Of a stretch of DNA of 35,648 bases, positions 34,306 through 35,648 are shown piece by piece. Source of the DNA: a virus (lineage: Duplodnaviria; Caudoviricetes). The notes beneath the pieces were generated by a model, which was not told the origin of the DNA, ran no database searches, and saw only the letters and a list, made by a program, of their open reading frames with translations. The stretch lies in IMG/VR virus record IMGVR_UViG_3300027720_000196, positions 1-35,648 of that record. The stretch is one strand, 5' to 3'. Numbering within the stretch: the stretch's first letter is position 1; every line of letters begins with the position of its first letter. Position numbers and translations under genes: made by a program.

Positions 34306-35140
34306 CCAGCGCCCTTAGTTTTGCTATCAAATTTTGGTCAGTGATTATCGGTGTTTTAATTTTAACTACACTGACAAATCTTCCCCGCCCTCCATTATTT
34401 ACATTTGTAAAGCCATTTCCATGACTAGCAAACTCAACTCCAGTTTCTACACCTGCACGTATGTCAATCTCCATGGTGTCACCGGATATATTACTAACAG
34501 TTTTCTTACAGCCCAACATGGCTTCAATAGGTGATATTTCTATGTTTGTATAAAGGTCATCGCCTTTACGTTCAAACTTGGGATCTGCTTGCACTAAAAT
34601 TGTTACGTTGAGGTTACCACGTTGCATTTGAGGAATTGAATCGTCACCCAGTCCGTTGTATCTAATAGTGTCTCCGTTGGTGATTCCAGGCGGCACATTG
34701 ATCTTAACTGATTGATTGCGTCCACTGGGTAATTGGAAATTAGCTTCAAGTTGCTTGCCAAGATATGAGTCTACCAAACTAACTTGGCACTGTATATTCA
34801 AATCTCGGTTCCTACGTACTCCTCGCATTTGACTAAAAATATCTCCAAAGGGATGACCAGCGCCACCAAACATTTGCCCAAAAGGATCTTGGCCACCGCC
34901 AAACGGATTACCAGTATGAAAGTGAAATTGATGTTGATCACCGTACATACGTTTTTGATCGTATTCGGTTTTTTTGTTAGCATCGCTCAAAATGTCGTAT
35001 GCCACACTGATATCTTTGAATTTGGCTTGGTCACCACCCTTGTCCGGATGATGTTTGTTAGCCAAGCTTCTATATGCTTTTTTAATTTGTTCTGGGCTGG
35101 CATCTGCGCCAACACCTAGTGTTTGATAATAGTCAGTCAT
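34280..35140 (-). CDS. dnaJ: DnaJ/CbpA-type co-chaperone (class II, no Zn finger)
   Basis: J domain with HPD, G/F-rich linker, two C-terminal domains. Confidence 0.92.
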   Translation of the reverse strand: MTDYYQTLGVGADASPEQIKKAYRSLANKHHPDKGGDQAKFKDISVAYDILSDANKKTEYDQKRMYGDQHQFHFHTGNPFGGGQDPFGQMFGGAGHPFGDIFSQMRGVRRNRDLNIQCQVSLVDSYLGKQLEANFQLPSGRNQSVKINVPPGITNGDTIRYNGLGDDSIPQMQRGNLNVTILVQADPKFERKGDDLYTNIEISPIEAMLGCKKTVSNISGDTMEIDIRAGVETGVEFASHGNGFTNVNNGGRGRFVSVVKIKTPIITDQNLIAKLRALDAEINRVV

Positions 35141-35146
35141 AGTCGT

Positions 35147-35195
35147 AAAAAAGGCTCCATTAATAGTATTAATTATACTATTTTAAATGGAGCCT
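35147..35195 (-). terminator. Long hairpin plus T6 tract (terminator) overlapping the dnaJ promoter
   Basis: Plus-strand arms 35152-35161/35186-35195 and 35162-35169/35175-35182; minus-strand TTTTTT follows the stem. Confidence 0.65.
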
Positions 35196-35200
35196 GTCAA
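35172..35200 (-). promoter_or_regulatory. Perfect sigma70 promoter TTGACA-N17-TATAAT
   Basis: TTGACA 35200-35195, TATAAT 35177-35172. Confidence 0.9.
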
Positions 35201-35208
35201 TGATTTGA

Positions 35209-35418
35209 TTATTTCTTTTCTGGAACCTTATCGCCTTCCACTTTCTTGTGAACTTTGATTTTTTTACAATCTTCAGCTTGCTTTCCAGTTTTCTTGTCCA
35301 TCACAGCTTTACCTGCTTTGTCAACCCGTGGTGTACAAACTTCTTTTATTTCGCCGCCAGCAATTACTGGGTTTGATAATGTTAATGCTAAACCTGCTAC
35401 AAATATAATATGTTTCAT
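35209..35418 (-). CDS. Small secreted/periplasmic protein (69 aa, two Cys)
   Basis: N-terminal signal-like MKHIIFVAGLALTLSNPVIA; AAGGA SD. Confidence 0.7.
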   Translation of the reverse strand: MKHIIFVAGLALTLSNPVIAGGEIKEVCTPRVDKAGKAVMDKKTGKQAEDCKKIKVHKKVEGDKVPEKK

Positions 35419-35430
35419 TTTATTTTTCCT

Positions 35431-35648
35431 TTATAGAACTGGTTGGTCAAAATCCGGAACGATTTTTTTACCGCTTGCTGTTGTGGCCATCGGTGCACCA
35501 CTGCCAAATCCGCCCATAGTTGCTGGCGCGGCCTGTCCAAACCCGCCGCCAGAGCCTGTGTATCCAAATCCGCCAGCTGTTGGCGCTGGTGAATTAAAGC
35601 CACCTGAGTTACCAAAGCCACCTGAGTTACCAAAGCCACCTGCAGGTG
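35431..35648 (-). CDS. C-terminal GGFG-rich tail of a gene starting beyond the window
   Basis: Manual translation PAGGFGNSGGFGNSGGFNSPAPTAGGFG...GKKIVPDFDQPVL*. Confidence 0.7.
   Translation of the reverse strand, partial: PAGGFGNSGGFGNSGGFNSPAPTAGGFGYTGSGGGFGQAAPATMGGFGSGAPMATTASGKKIVPDFDQPVL
35596..35642. repeat. 18-bp tandem repeat, about 2.6 copies (encodes GGFGNS)
   Basis: aaagccacctgagttacc repeated. Confidence 0.9.

Noticed and set aside
182-35119. All plus-strand ORFs in the track, including the 315-aa ORF at 20710-21657
   Set aside because: They are antisense shadows of well-supported minus-strand genes, with no recognisable motifs or SD/promoter support.
35415-35639. Track ORF MALVTQVALVTQ... 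(74 aa)
   Set aside because: An alternative frame of the 18-bp repeat. The GGFG frame ending at 35431 leaves a proper SD for the next gene.
1-35648. Stop-codon reassignment, as seen in some large phages
   Set aside because: Code-11 ORFs are full length and tile the window; TAA, TGA and TAG all end genes.
1-35648. tRNA, rRNA or preQ1 riboswitch
   Set aside because: Intergenic gaps are at most about 105 nt and are explained by promoters and hairpins; no cloverleaf or preQ1 aptamer recognised by eye, and the folE leader is too short.

Overview
This 35.6 kb window looks like part of a large, distantly T4-like dsDNA phage genome. The credible genes are all on the minus strand, tightly packed with many ATGA/TAATG overlaps, in the standard code. 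In transcription order (right to left): (i) the Gly/Phe-rich tail of a truncated gene and a small secreted protein; (ii) a proteostasis operon, DnaJ - peptide deformylase - ClpA; (iii) a late operon behind T4-like TAAATA promoters, encoding a polB-NTase/KxDG-ligase-like fusion, an HxGH nucleotidyltransferase, Dps and several low-complexity proteins that resemble capsid-internal proteins; (iv) a DsbA-like protein, family B DNA polymerase, a UDP-glucose dehydrogenase-like protein and a sliding clamp; (v) a ~12 kb 7-deazaguanine DNA-modification region (DpdA-like transglycosylase, DpdL-like T-fold protein, FolE, QueE) interleaved with a glycosyltransferase, two sugar-type oxidoreductases, a PD-(D/E)xK nuclease, a cupin and a purine PRTase; (vi) T4-like RNase H, hypotheticals and a MoxR AAA+/metallopeptidase pair. 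The best candidate for an undescribed system is a clamp-tethered, possibly glycosylated 7-deazaguanine hypermodification. Support: polymerase, DpdA and the nuclease share an F-x-[SE]-L-F-E C-terminal peptide, dpdA is translationally coupled to the clamp gene, and the clamp and folE promoters share a 19/21-nt core. All functional calls come from motif recognition by eye; no database searches were run.
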